Under the pieces are notes generated by a model. That model worked only from the letters and a program-made list of their open reading frames with translations. It was not told where the DNA came from and did no database searches. The translations under genes and the position numbers were made by a program. From NCBI GenBank assembly GCA_041649615.1, contig JBAZMT010000001.1:90981-154980 (forward strand): a stretch of DNA of 64,000 bases, read 5' to 3'. Shown piece after piece: positions 46,924 through 56,301 of the stretch (the first letter of the stretch is position 1; the number at the start of each line of letters is the position of its first letter). This DNA is from Parcubacteria group bacterium (lineage in GTDB: Bacteria > Patescibacteriota > Minisyncoccia > UBA6257 > Colwellbacteraceae).

Positions 46924-48540
46924 CTACTTCAATTTGTCGGGAGCAACGCCGTAATACGAGAGTGTGAATTCGGCGAGTTCTTTAAAAGCGGGAATGACGG
47001 ACGCTCCCGCGAGGGGGTTTCCTTCGGGTTCGTCTATTCTTATCAAAATGGAAAATTTGGGATCATAGGCGGGAGCGAATCCAACATAAGTATTGATATA
47101 AGCGTCTTTATAACCGCCTTTTACCAAATCGGGTACGAGAGCCGTTCCGGTTTTTCCCGCCACGGAATATCCCAAAATGTCCGCTAATACGTTTTTCTTA
47201 ACCGCCGAGACCATCATGTCCGTAATTTTTTTCGCGGTTTCTTCCGAGATCGGTTTGCTTTCGATTTTTGATTCGCCCACGGTAATACGAGGGGCCATCA
47301 TAACGCCTCTGTTTGCGATGGCGTTTACGGCCGTAAGCATCCGAATGGGCGAAATAGATATTCCCTGTCCGTAAGAAGCGGTCGCGTAACTGATGTCATT
47401 CCCGTTTATGAGAGACTTAATGGAACCGGTAATTTCTCCCGGAAGATCAATGCCGGTGGTATGCGTAAGACCGAATTTCTCCGCATAATCAAGAAAAGTG
47501 TTTTTGCCCATTTTTTTGACGGCAAAAACGGTACCCGTGTTTATTGATTGTTCTATCACTTCGGTCATCGTAAGCGTTCCGTGCGCTTTTTTATCCCAGT
47601 TTTGAATCGTTCGGCCGTTAATCGTAAGCGAGCCTTCATCAATATAAGTCGTTTCCGGCGTAACGCTTCCCGAATCAATGGCTCCCGCCATAGTCACGAT
47701 TTTAAAAACCGAACCGGGTTCGTAGACTTCTTGAACGGCCGGATTCATGTAATCCGACATTTTCGCCGAGCCGTAATTATTCGGATCAAAAGTCGGCACG
47801 GCGGCCATGGCTTTAATCTCGCCGGTTTTCGGATCGGAGACGATGACAACTCCGCTTTTCGCGTTGAATTTATGCACCGCGTCGGCAAGTATTTTCTCGG
47901 CGCGCGCTTGAATCGTCTGGTCAATCGTAAGATACACGTCTTTGCCGTCTTTCGGCACGATAAAAGTGTCTCCGGACGCCTCGCCGGGAACTCCCGTCAA
48001 TTCTTCGTTATAAAAAGACTCTATGCCATATTGTCCGACTTCATTCGCCACAAATCCCAAGACATGAGCCGCCAAAGAAGCGTACGGATAATATCTTTTT
48101 GGTTTTTCACCCACTTTGACCCCGGGAATATCGAGATTTCTCACTTTATCGGCGACTTCATCCGAAGCGATTTTTAAGAGTTCTTCAAACGGATCGTCTT
48201 TTTTTTGGAGTTTCTGCATTATTTCTTCCGCCGGCACCTTGATCACTTCTTCAAGGCGCGCCGCGGTTTCGCTCAAATCCGTTCCCGCTTTAGCCAGTTT
48301 TTCGGGTTCGCAATAGATGAAGGGATAATTTTTCTTTATGGCCACCGGAACCGGTGTGCCGTTTTTATCGGTCATCATGATGTTGCCCCGCGCCGGATCA
48401 AGCGAGCTATTCAAAATCCGCGAGGCCGCTTCGGCGGCGTAATAATCCCCTTTCTGTATCTGTAAGTTAAAAAAACGGACGCCAAGCGATCCGTATAGCA
48501 AGCAGAACAGAGTTACTACTGCAATGAAGCGAATACCCAT
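46924..48540 (-). CDS. penicillin-binding protein 2/FtsI-type transpeptidase
   Basis: 538 aa; N-terminal TM, dimerisation domain, transpeptidase SxxK, SxN, KTG-like motifs. Confidence 0.85.
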   Translation of the reverse strand: MGIRFIAVVTLFCLLYGSLGVRFFNLQIQKGDYYAAEAASRILNSSLDPARGNIMMTDKNGTPVPVAIKKNYPFIYCEPEKLAKAGTDLSETAARLEEVIKVPAEEIMQKLQKKDDPFEELLKIASDEVADKVRNLDIPGVKVGEKPKRYYPYASLAAHVLGFVANEVGQYGIESFYNEELTGVPGEASGDTFIVPKDGKDVYLTIDQTIQARAEKILADAVHKFNAKSGVVIVSDPKTGEIKAMAAVPTFDPNNYGSAKMSDYMNPAVQEVYEPGSVFKIVTMAGAIDSGSVTPETTYIDEGSLTINGRTIQNWDKKAHGTLTMTEVIEQSINTGTVFAVKKMGKNTFLDYAEKFGLTHTTGIDLPGEITGSIKSLINGNDISYATASYGQGISISPIRMLTAVNAIANRGVMMAPRITVGESKIESKPISEETAKKITDMMVSAVKKNVLADILGYSVAGKTGTALVPDLVKGGYKDAYINTYVGFAPAYDPKFSILIRIDEPEGNPLAGASVIPAFKELAEFTLSYYGVAPDKLK

Positions 48541-48818
48541 TGCGGATTTTTATCAAGAACCAGACCTTTCTCTTCGGCGATAGTTTCAAGCGCTTGCGGA
48601 TCGGTTATTTTGAAAAGGGTGTTCTTTAATTCGGCGTTTGCCGTGAGTTCGGTTTCGGTAGAATTCTTAAGAGAACTTATTTCGTGCTTCAGACTGACTA
48701 TCTTCGAATAAATACAGCCGCAAAAAGTAATGGCGCCGATAAGCAGTCCGCCGGCAAGAAATATAGCCGCTTTCCAGGCTGATTCTTTTCTTTTGTCGTT
48801 TGGTCTTAAAATCGTCAT
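48516..48818 (-). CDS. ftsL: FtsL/DivIC-like small bitopic division protein
   Basis: 100 aa; single TM then coiled-coil; position between rsmH and PBP as in dcw clusters. Confidence 0.4.
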   Translation of the reverse strand: MTILRPNDKRKESAWKAAIFLAGGLLIGAITFCGCIYSKIVSLKHEISSLKNSTETELTANAELKNTLFKITDPQALETIAEEKGLVLDKNPQWVFASLQ

Positions 48819-49688
48819 TTAGTTCATTATCGCCGCTCTTAATTTCGCCGATCTTGCTTTCGGATTTATTTTTATTTCCGAATATTTGGGGGATGTCGGT
48901 TTTTTCGTAAGTAAAGAAACAATTCCCGCGCGCGCCATTTCTTTGAATTTGTTTTTAACGATTTTGTCTTCAAGAGACTGGAAAGTTATTATCGCCGCTC
49001 GTCCGCCGGGTTTAAGGATTTTTGGAAGCGATTCCAAAACGTTTTCCAAGCTTTGGAGTTCTTTATTCGCAAAAATCCTCAAAGCCAAGAACGTCCTTGT
49101 GGCCGGATTGATCCGCCCGTGTTCGTAATGCGACGGTAAAACGGAGCGGATAATTTCCACGAGTTTGCCGGTCGTTTCAATCGGATTTTTTCTTTCCGCT
49201 TTCCAAATAGCTTCGGCGATAACATGAGCGTATCTTTCTCCCGAAACGGAAATAATTTCTTTCAAGTCTTCCCTGCTCAATCTCCTTAAAGTTTTATAGA
49301 GAGGTTCGTCTTCGTCGCTATAGGTCATCAAGAGCGGCTCATCGTTTAAAAAAGAAAATCCTCTTCCAGAATCAAGTTGATCGGAAGAAAAGCCCAAATC
49401 CAAAAGTAATCCGTCCGCGAGCGGAAGAGATTTACTTTCCAGTATTTCGGGTAAGCGGGCAAAGTTCGCGTTTACGAGAATCACTTTCACGCCGGGAATG
49501 TTAATCTCGGTCTTTTGAATAACGTTTTCGTCTCTATCTACGCCAAGAAGAGTTCCTCCGGGAGAAATCAAACGAGCGATTTCTCTCGCGTGTCCGCCGG
49601 CGCCCAAAGTTCCGTCTATGATAAACTCCCCATTTTTTGGAGAAAGCGCCTCCATAGCTTCATCCATCATTACGGAAATATGGCTCAT
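48819..49688 (-). CDS. rsmH: 16S rRNA m4C1402 methyltransferase RsmH (MraW)
   Basis: IDGTLGAGGHA SAM-binding start, 289 aa. Confidence 0.9.
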   Translation of the reverse strand: MSHISVMMDEAMEALSPKNGEFIIDGTLGAGGHAREIARLISPGGTLLGVDRDENVIQKTEINIPGVKVILVNANFARLPEILESKSLPLADGLLLDLGFSSDQLDSGRGFSFLNDEPLLMTYSDEDEPLYKTLRRLSREDLKEIISVSGERYAHVIAEAIWKAERKNPIETTGKLVEIIRSVLPSHYEHGRINPATRTFLALRIFANKELQSLENVLESLPKILKPGGRAAIITFQSLEDKIVKNKFKEMARAGIVSLLTKKPTSPKYSEIKINPKARSAKLRAAIMN

Positions 49689-50116
49689 AATCCGAGTTCG
49701 CTCATTTTTTCGGCGATTTCTTCCGATCTTGATTCGGTTTCGGTTTTATAAGCATTCCATGAATTCTTATCCCAAATTTCCGCCCGGTTGTAGAGACCAG
49801 CCACAACTATCTCTTTTTCCAGTCCAGCATATTTCCGCAAATAATCAGGAATCAATATTCTGCCTTGAGCGTCTATCTCACAATCGGAAGCACCAGCAAG
49901 CATAAGACGGGAAAAAGCGCGTGAATTCGCCGCCGTCAGGGGAAAAGAAATTATTTTTTCGGCGAGTTTGTTCCATTCTTCAACGGGAAAAAGAAAAAGG
50001 CATTTGTCCAAGCCTCTCGTGACGATGGCGCCGCCGGAAAGCTGGTTCCTAAATTTGGCGGGCACGGCAACCCTACCTTTTACATCCATGTTATGTTGGA
50101 ATTCACCAATGAACAT
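49685..50116 (-). CDS. mraZ: transcriptional regulator MraZ
   Basis: two DXXXR repeats (MDVKGRV..., IDAQGRI...). Confidence 0.85.
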   Translation of the reverse strand: MFIGEFQHNMDVKGRVAVPAKFRNQLSGGAIVTRGLDKCLFLFPVEEWNKLAEKIISFPLTAANSRAFSRLMLAGASDCEIDAQGRILIPDYLRKYAGLEKEIVVAGLYNRAEIWDKNSWNAYKTETESRSEEIAEKMSELGL

Positions 50117-50118
50117 TT

Positions 50119-50137
50119 TCCACCACTTTTCCCCACT
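50119..50137 (-). promoter_or_regulatory. putative MraZ operator: GTGGG-N5-GTGGT direct repeats immediately upstream of mraZ ATG
   Basis: minus-strand AGTGTGGGGAAAAGTGGTGGAAAATG. Confidence 0.4.
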
Positions 50138-50147
50138 ATACTAGAGA

Positions 50148-50177
50148 ATTATATCCCTCTCCGCCAAAAAGGGTCAA
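50148..50177 (-). promoter_or_regulatory. sigma-70-like promoter for mraZ operon: TTGACC-18-TATAAT
   Basis: minus-strand TTGACCCTTTTTGGCGGAGAGGGATATAAT. Confidence 0.45.
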
Positions 50178-50280
50178 AGGCGGGTTTTACAAGCTTTTTT
50201 CTGCAAAAAATGAACTTATCCACAAATATGCTCGTTGTTCGGCGCGGTAGGCCGAAAAAACTGTGGAGAACTCAAAATCT

Positions 50281-50308
50281 GTAATTAGTGACGATCGTCA
50301 CTAATTAC
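50281..50308 (-). terminator. 28-nt perfect palindrome (12-bp stem, GAUC loop) just after tgt stop; likely terminator or operator
   Basis: GTAATTAGTGACGATCGTCACTAATTAC followed on minus strand by AGAUUUUGAG. Confidence 0.45.
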
Positions 50309-50313
50309 AAAAA

Positions 50314-51462
50314 TCAAATAATCCCTTTTTTAATTTTTTTTCTTATCTCCGCAACGTAGTTGTTGAAGTAATGCACATTATGGAAGGTTAAAAACCGAAG
50401 TCCCGTGATTTCATGCACTCGGATAAGGTGGGAAAGATACCCTTTCGTATGAGAATTGCAAACGAAGCAATTGCAAGCGGGGTCAAGCGGTTCTTTGGAC
50501 GCTTTTCCTTCCAGATATTTGGTTTTAGTCAAATCAATTTTACCCTTGGAAGTAAAAGCGTTTCCGTGGCGGGCGTAATGAGTCGGAACCGTACAATCAA
50601 AAGTATCCACTCCCGCAGCGGCAATGAGAGCCATATCTTCAAGAAAACCGATTCCCAAAAGATGGCGAGGTTTGTCATCGGGGAGTTCTTTCGTCGTCCA
50701 ACCGATGATGTCCGCCATTTTCTTTTTATCGGATCCGTATTCCCCTCCTATGCCGAATCCGTCAAAAGGACGAGAACCGATGAATTTGGCGCTTTCGCTT
50801 CGCAGACTCTCGTATTTTCCTCCCTGGACTATTCCGAAAAGCGCTTGATTGCTCTTTTTGGCCTTGAGACAAGCGTCCGCCCAACGGTGAGTTTTCTTTA
50901 GCGATTCAGCCGTATATTCCAGGCTCGCGGTCGGAACGGTAGCTTCATCAAAGGCAAAAATAATATCCGCGCCTATATTCTCTTGTATTTTTATGGACTC
51001 TTTCGGCCCCATAAAAATTTTCTTTCCGTCCACATAGGAAGTGAATTCCACGCCATCGTCCGTGATTTTTAAAAGTCTCGGTTGAGCTCCTTTGATTATC
51101 ACCTCTTCCGAATCGTGTTTCATGATTTTGCTCACGCCGTAGTCGTGGCCGAAACCGAGGCTTAAAACCTGAAATCCGCCGGAATCCGTCATTACGGGAA
51201 CTTTAATGCCCGAAAATTTGTGTATTCCCCCGTTATTTTTAACAAGTCTTTCTCCGGGCTTAAGATGCAGGTGATAAGTGTTCGCGATAACCATTTGCGT
51301 ACCCGTGGGAATAATTTCCTCGGGAGAAAGCGTTTTAATGGTCGCCTGGGTCGCCACCGGAACGAAACAGGGAGTTTCCACCTCACCGTGCGGAGTTTTA
51401 AGAACGCCCAGGCGGGCGTTCGTTTTTTTTGATTTCTTTAATATCTTAAAACTTATCATCAC
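50314..51462 (-). CDS. tgt: queuine tRNA-ribosyltransferase
   Basis: 382 aa; TIM-barrel TGT with C-terminal Zn site CxCxxC...H. Confidence 0.9.
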   Translation of the reverse strand: MMISFKILKKSKKTNARLGVLKTPHGEVETPCFVPVATQATIKTLSPEEIIPTGTQMVIANTYHLHLKPGERLVKNNGGIHKFSGIKVPVMTDSGGFQVLSLGFGHDYGVSKIMKHDSEEVIIKGAQPRLLKITDDGVEFTSYVDGKKIFMGPKESIKIQENIGADIIFAFDEATVPTASLEYTAESLKKTHRWADACLKAKKSNQALFGIVQGGKYESLRSESAKFIGSRPFDGFGIGGEYGSDKKKMADIIGWTTKELPDDKPRHLLGIGFLEDMALIAAAGVDTFDCTVPTHYARHGNAFTSKGKIDLTKTKYLEGKASKEPLDPACNCFVCNSHTKGYLSHLIRVHEITGLRFLTFHNVHYFNNYVAEIRKKIKKGII

Positions 51463-52358
51463 TCCTTAAACACTCCTTCAAGCGAAGGAACAACCGTCTT
51501 TTTGCGGGAGATGATTTTGTCAAAATGGAAAGTATCTCCTTTTTCCGCTTGCATGCCGAACGCCAGTTGTATCTTTTCCCTGTCTCCCGCGAAGTACAAA
51601 AGACTTTTTTCGCCAATTATGTCTATAGCCATAAAGAGAGCCGCTTCGCGTCCGTCGCGCTTTATTTCGTTCAAGCGCGCGATGATTTCGTCTTTCATGT
51701 TTTCTATGTCCGACAAATCGATTACTTCCACGTTGCCAATGCCGATTTTATATCCGTTCATGTCAAAATCTTTGAAATCGGCGCTGATAATAGCTTCCGC
51801 TGACGTTCCCGAGATGTCCGTTCCGGCGCGTTTAATTTCCATGCCAAATTCATTCACGTCTTTAACTCCCGCGATCAGCGCAAGATCGGCGGCAATCGCT
51901 TTGTCTTCATCTGTCGTGGTGGGCGATTTGAAAATAATCGTATCAGCAAGAATTCCCGCAAGCAAAAGTTCCGCGAGACGCGGATTTTTCTTTATTTCGC
52001 CCATATAAGTCTTTGCGATAATGGAGCAGGTTGAACCCAGAGTCTCCACGTGAAAGAAAACCGGTTCGGAAGAAGAAAAATTTATTTTGTGATGATCCAG
52101 GACTCCAATGATTTTCGCTTTTTCCCATCCGGCAGCCATTTGATTATTCTCGTTATGATCAACGAGAAATACTTCTTTCCCGGAAATATCGGTAATGATT
52201 TCGGGAGTGGGAACGTTGAGTTTGCTTAAAACGAAGGTTGTTTCCTTATTAATATTTCCAGAAACGGCGGGTTTATAGCCTATAAGTTCCGCGGTCGCGA
52301 TCGCCGAAGTTACGCTGTCGGTGTCGGGATTTTTGTGGCCGATTACGTAAGTGTCCAT
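51459..52358 (-). CDS. ppaC: manganese-dependent inorganic pyrophosphatase (family II, DHH)
   Basis: GHKNPDTDS, VLDHH, DHHA2 C-terminal domain; 299 aa. Confidence 0.8.
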   Translation of the reverse strand: MDTYVIGHKNPDTDSVTSAIATAELIGYKPAVSGNINKETTFVLSKLNVPTPEIITDISGKEVFLVDHNENNQMAAGWEKAKIIGVLDHHKINFSSSEPVFFHVETLGSTCSIIAKTYMGEIKKNPRLAELLLAGILADTIIFKSPTTTDEDKAIAADLALIAGVKDVNEFGMEIKRAGTDISGTSAEAIISADFKDFDMNGYKIGIGNVEVIDLSDIENMKDEIIARLNEIKRDGREAALFMAIDIIGEKSLLYFAGDREKIQLAFGMQAEKGDTFHFDKIISRKKTVVPSLEGVFKE

Positions 52359-52392
52359 ATTACCTGTATATTAAGTCTTTGAGGAACCCGTT

Positions 52393-53103
52393 TCAAGAAA
52401 CCTTGATGTATTTCGTCCACCGGTCATAAAGGTCTTTTGTCGCCATAACGTCGCCCAAGTTATATCTCGCGATTTCCGCAAATTTTCCTTCTCTAAAGAG
52501 TTTGCTTACCTCGTCCCCTTTTACTTCGCCTTCTTTCGGACTTTTAATGCCGAGTGCACGGCACCACATATGAAGGCTTCCGTGGGCAAATCGCGAAGCG
52601 CCATAGAAGGAAAGTTGATCGTAGAGATCCGTGTGTCTTACCGTCCCAAATCGGCCGTAGCGATCGGCCATAAGATCAACCGTCGGACGAATGCCTTTGA
52701 TGGCCGAGCGAACGATTAAAAAAGGAGCGTCAAATCCGCGACTGTTGAAACCGATGAATTCGGAAGCGTTTGCGGCAAGTTCCCAAAATCGGTTAATCAT
52801 ATCCGCCTCGGACATAGGAACAAACTTTATGCCGTTTTCCTCCGTTTCTGGAATATCCGCGCCGGGCGCTTGAAAATATACGGCTCCTTTCATTGAATCG
52901 GCGTCTAAAACGCCGATCACGACGATTTCACCGGTTAAAGGAGATAAGGCGAATCCCGATTCCAAATCGTTTACCAATTCGCCAAATTTTTCCTCGTCAT
53001 CGGCTTCTTTACGGGCCCGTTTCGCGATTAGTTCTCTCGTCGTCTCATCCATTTCGGCGAATTTTTCACCGATAGTCTCAATGTCAAAAACAAGTCTAGC
53101 CAT
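52393..53103 (-). CDS. predicted 3'-5' exonuclease related to PolB exonuclease domain (RNase H-like fold)
   Basis: LVFDIETIG (Exo I DxE), downstream Exo II/III-like acidic residues. Confidence 0.6.
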   Translation of the reverse strand: MARLVFDIETIGEKFAEMDETTRELIAKRARKEADDEEKFGELVNDLESGFALSPLTGEIVVIGVLDADSMKGAVYFQAPGADIPETEENGIKFVPMSEADMINRFWELAANASEFIGFNSRGFDAPFLIVRSAIKGIRPTVDLMADRYGRFGTVRHTDLYDQLSFYGASRFAHGSLHMWCRALGIKSPKEGEVKGDEVSKLFREGKFAEIARYNLGDVMATKDLYDRWTKYIKVS

Positions 53104-53138
53104 TATTTAATGATAAGCGCAAAACGCAAAACGCAAAA

Positions 53139-54401
53139 TTAGGGTTGCTTTCTGCGTTCTTTGTAGTATTTTCTGCCTTTGAGTTTTTCGGGCAGATAGT
53201 CTTGCTCTACTTTCCCCGTAAAATTCGGATTGTATTTGTAGTTTTTTCCGAAGCCTAACTCCTGCATCAATTTCGTGGGGGCGTTTCTTAAATGCAGAGG
53301 AACCGGTTCGTTCGGAAGTTCTCTGATGTCTCTTTGCACTTCGCCGTAGGCGGTATACAAGGCATTGCTCTTGGGACATTTCGCCATGTAAACGACCGCT
53401 TGAGCCAAAGCCAGGGTGCATTCGGGCATGCCGATATATTGGCAAGCGGTATAAGCGGAGACGGCTTGAGTCAGAGCCGCCGGATTGGCGATGCCGATGT
53501 CTTCAGAAGCAAAACGAATTATGCGGCGAGCGACATATAAAGGATCTTCTCCCGCTTCAAGCATGCGTCCCAGCCAATAAAGGCTCGCATTCTCATCCGA
53601 ACCACGCATGGATTTATGCAAAGCCGAAATGATGTTGTAGTGTTCCTCTCCCGCGCGATCGTAGAGCAAATGACTTTTTTGAAAAGCCTCTTTTACCAGA
53701 TCGGTATTGATCTTAATAACTTTTTTTCCGTTAGGCTTCGCCGATTTAACGGCAAGTTCCAAGGCGTTTAAGGCCGAGCGGGCGTCACCCGAGGCCATCG
53801 TCCCCAAAAAATCAACGCTCTCATCGCTTATATCAATTTTTAAATTGCCTAATCCTTTTTCCTTATCGGCTAGGGCGCGGCGAATGATTTTTACGATGTC
53901 TTTTTCTCCCAGGGCGGACAATACGAAAACGCGGCAACGAGAAAGGAGCGCCGAATTAACTTCAAAGGAAGGATTTTCGGTCGTGGCGCCTATGAGCGTA
54001 ATCGTTCCTTTTTCCACGAATGGCAGAAAAGCGTCTTGCTGAGATTTATTGAACCGGTGTATTTCATCAATAAAAAATATCGTTCTTTTCTTATGGAGTC
54101 TCAATCTTTCGTCCGCTTCGGCGATGATCGCCCGCGCTTCTTTTACGCTTCCGCCCGTTGCGGATATTTCGGTAAAGAAAGAACTTGTCATTTTAGCGAT
54201 GATTTTCGCGAGAGTCGTCTTACCGCATCCGGGAGGACCCCAAAAAATCATGGAAGGAATTTCGTCCCGTTCAATCGCCGCCCGAAGCATTTTCTTCTGC
54301 CCCACGAGATTTTCTTGTCCAAAAAAGTCTTCTAGTCGTTCGGGACGCATTTTATCCGCGAGCGGGGCGGCCGTTTTTAAGTTTTCCTCAAAAAGATCCA
54401 T
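53139..54401 (-). CDS. rarA: replication-associated recombination protein A (MgsA/WRNIP-type AAA+ ATPase)
   Basis: FWGPPGCGKTTLA, FIDEIHRFNKSQQDAFLP, C-terminal MgsA helical domains. Confidence 0.85.
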   Translation of the reverse strand: MDLFEENLKTAAPLADKMRPERLEDFFGQENLVGQKKMLRAAIERDEIPSMIFWGPPGCGKTTLAKIIAKMTSSFFTEISATGGSVKEARAIIAEADERLRLHKKRTIFFIDEIHRFNKSQQDAFLPFVEKGTITLIGATTENPSFEVNSALLSRCRVFVLSALGEKDIVKIIRRALADKEKGLGNLKIDISDESVDFLGTMASGDARSALNALELAVKSAKPNGKKVIKINTDLVKEAFQKSHLLYDRAGEEHYNIISALHKSMRGSDENASLYWLGRMLEAGEDPLYVARRIIRFASEDIGIANPAALTQAVSAYTACQYIGMPECTLALAQAVVYMAKCPKSNALYTAYGEVQRDIRELPNEPVPLHLRNAPTKLMQELGFGKNYKYNPNFTGKVEQDYLPEKLKGRKYYKERRKQP

Positions 54402-54445
54402 ATGGCCCTCATTTTAGTCTCCTAAAGCACTAATAAAAAGCCGCC

Positions 54446-54706
54446 TTAAGCGGGCAGTTCTGTCTTTATACGGTATTTGCGGCCATGTTTGACTTCCCCG
54501 TCTATTAAATATGCGGGCTTGTTCTGTCTGTTCGTCACAGGGCCGGTAGAAGAAAAGTGCAGCCGACCACAAGTGTCGCATGCATAGGCAAATGCGGCAG
54601 ACTGGCATCCTGTCCTCAAAGTCGTTCGGTTTTTTATATCGGCCACGTTCACATGCCCCAAGCATCCTTTTTCGGCGTAATTGAAAGTCTTCTCGTTCGC
54701 TTCCAC
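54446..54706 (-). CDS. small Cys-containing hypothetical protein
   Basis: 86 aa; GCLGH...GCQ...CDTCG; alternative overlapping frame 54414..54665 judged less protein-like. Confidence 0.25.
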   Translation of the reverse strand: MEANEKTFNYAEKGCLGHVNVADIKNRTTLRTGCQSAAFAYACDTCGRLHFSSTGPVTNRQNKPAYLIDGEVKHGRKYRIKTELPA

Positions 54707-54788
54707 CTTATTTTCCTCCTCAAAAATTTAGAAATATGCTGTAGCCTTGATACCATATTTTGACTTGAACGTCAAATAAAAAGACCGT

Positions 54789-55073
54789 CTAATGACGGTC
54801 ATAAGGGTGGGAACGAGAGACTCTGTTCGCTGATCTCTCAGAGGGATACATGGTAACCGTACCGCTTTTTTTGCGGGCAAGTCTTTCTTGACTATCTACG
54901 TTTTCTTCCGCTCCATGAGCTTTCGCTCCATCCTCGCGATACAATTGTCCGCACTTGGGATTGGGACAAATGTAGAGCGTCTCTTTGTCCATACACCCTC
55001 TGAAGCAGATGGTCTTCTTTACTTTTGCGGTATCTATCTTGGTTCCGCATTCGGTGCACTTAAATTTGGACAT
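54789..55073 (-). CDS. zinc-ribbon hypothetical protein
   Basis: FKCTECG...CPNPKCG. Confidence 0.3.
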   Translation of the reverse strand: MSKFKCTECGTKIDTAKVKKTICFRGCMDKETLYICPNPKCGQLYREDGAKAHGAEENVDSQERLARKKSGTVTMYPSERSANRVSRSHPYDRH

Positions 55074-55116
55074 TAAGCTCGCCTCCTTTCCCTGATTTGG
55101 AATGTACTTAACCTTT

Positions 55117-55380
55117 CTAGTCTATTTTATTCAAATCAGCAAGAATAGAAGGAAGGTCAAGTCCGTAAGTTTCGGCAATCATGCCGAGAGTGAGTTTATC
55201 CATTTCCATCGCCGCCATAGGGCACGTGGGACAAGGAACACCGTGTTTAACGAGTTTTTCCGCATTGCCCGCGTCGCTTACAATTTCTCCCAAAACCGAG
55301 TTTTCCGAAAAATTTGCCATAACTTTTTTTATCAAATTAAGACGCTCGCGTAAAGCCAGATAATGATATATTATTGCCAC
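55117..55380 (-). CDS. small CPxCP redox-disulfide-like protein (DUF1858-like)
   Basis: 87 aa; GVPCPTCPMAAMEM motif. Confidence 0.35.
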   Translation of the reverse strand: MAIIYHYLALRERLNLIKKVMANFSENSVLGEIVSDAGNAEKLVKHGVPCPTCPMAAMEMDKLTLGMIAETYGLDLPSILADLNKID

Positions 55381-55384
55381 GTTA

Positions 55385-55457
55385 GGGCGCTTAGCTCAGT
55401 GGTTAGAGCGTTCCGTTCACATCGGAGAGGCCACTGGTCCGATTCCAGTAGCGCCCA
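55385..55457 (+). tRNA. tRNA-Val (anticodon CAC)
   Basis: acceptor GGGCGCU/AGCGCCC, anticodon loop UUCACAU, T-arm ACUGG-UCCGAUU-CCAGU; no CCA. Confidence 0.85.
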
Positions 55458-55468
55458 CAAAAAGAATA

Positions 55469-55867
55469 ATGGATACTAAGCAAAAAGCTCTCATCGTTCC
55501 CATTAATTCACGCCGACAAATCTTTATTCAAGACAGGCGCGGATATAAAAAACCCGATTGGGGATTTTTCGGCGGAACAATTGAGAAAGAAGAAACTCCC
55601 ATTAAAACCGTCATTCGTGAAGCAAAAGAAGAATTGCAGATTGACGTTTATGATAATGAATTAATTGACATGGGTGTTTTTGAAACTGTTTGGGATGGAC
55701 AAAAAATAATGCGGTATATGTTCTTATATCCAACCGAACAAACAGAATTTAGTGTTTTAGAAGGCAAAGGCGGAGTATGGTTCACTCTTGAAGAAGCGCG
55801 CGAACATCTGGATATAGGAGAAAGATTTGATGCAATTTTAGAAAAAATTGAGGGAGTGTTGCCTTAA
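55469..55867 (+). CDS. NUDIX hydrolase
   Basis: Nudix box GGTIEKEETPIKTVIREAKEELQI. Confidence 0.75.
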   Translation: MDTKQKALIVPINSRRQIFIQDRRGYKKPDWGFFGGTIEKEETPIKTVIREAKEELQIDVYDNELIDMGVFETVWDGQKIMRYMFLYPTEQTEFSVLEGKGGVWFTLEEAREHLDIGERFDAILEKIEGVLP

Positions 55868-55870
55868 ACA

Positions 55871-55913
55871 AAATCTGCCTGTACTGACAATTTGTCAGTA
55901 CAGGCAGATTTTT
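55871..55913. terminator. strong bidirectional terminator (18-bp perfect stem) between convergent NUDIX gene and rplL
   Basis: AAATCTGCCTGTACTGAC-AATTT-GTCAGTACAGGCAGATTT then TTTT. Confidence 0.6.
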
Positions 55914-55924
55914 ATGACAGAAAA

Positions 55925-56293
55925 TTACTGAAGTTCTACGGTAGCGCCGGCTTCGGTAAGCTGCGCTTTTAAGGCTTCCGCGTCTTCTTTCTTCAATCCT
56001 TCTTTCACCACTTTCGGGGCTCCGTCGACCAAATCTTTCGCTTCTTTAAGTCCCAAACCAGTTACTTCTTTAACGACTTTGATAACGTTAATCTTCTGAT
56101 CTCCGGCGGCGGTAAGCATTACGTTCCAAGAATCTTTTTCTTCGGCCGCAGCGGCTCCCGCTCCGGCTCCCGCAAAGACACTAGCAGCACTAGCGGAAAC
56201 GCCGAATTTCTCTTCAAGCGCTTTAATGAGTTCGGCTAACTCCGCAACGGACAATGTTTCAATTTTAGAGATTATATCTTCAAATTTTTCCAT
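55925..56293 (-). CDS. rplL: ribosomal protein L7/L12
   Basis: 122 aa; Ala-rich hinge, C-terminal [23 protein letters not shown]. Confidence 0.9.
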   Translation of the reverse strand: MEKFEDIISKIETLSVAELAELIKALEEKFGVSASAASVFAGAGAGAAAAEEKDSWNVMLTAAGDQKINVIKVVKEVTGLGLKEAKDLVDGAPKVVKEGLKKEDAEALKAQLTEAGATVELQ

Positions 56294-56301
56294 TTTATTC
56301 G

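Noticed and set aside
53107-53445. 112-aa ORF overlapping the 3' end of rarA
   Set aside because: It lies in a different frame of the rarA coding region and has an R/H-rich composition with no motifs.
54414-54665. Alternative 83-aa ORF overlapping 54446..54706
   Set aside because: It has a W/R-rich, low-complexity composition. The overlapping frame has a more protein-like sequence with Cys motifs, though both are low confidence.
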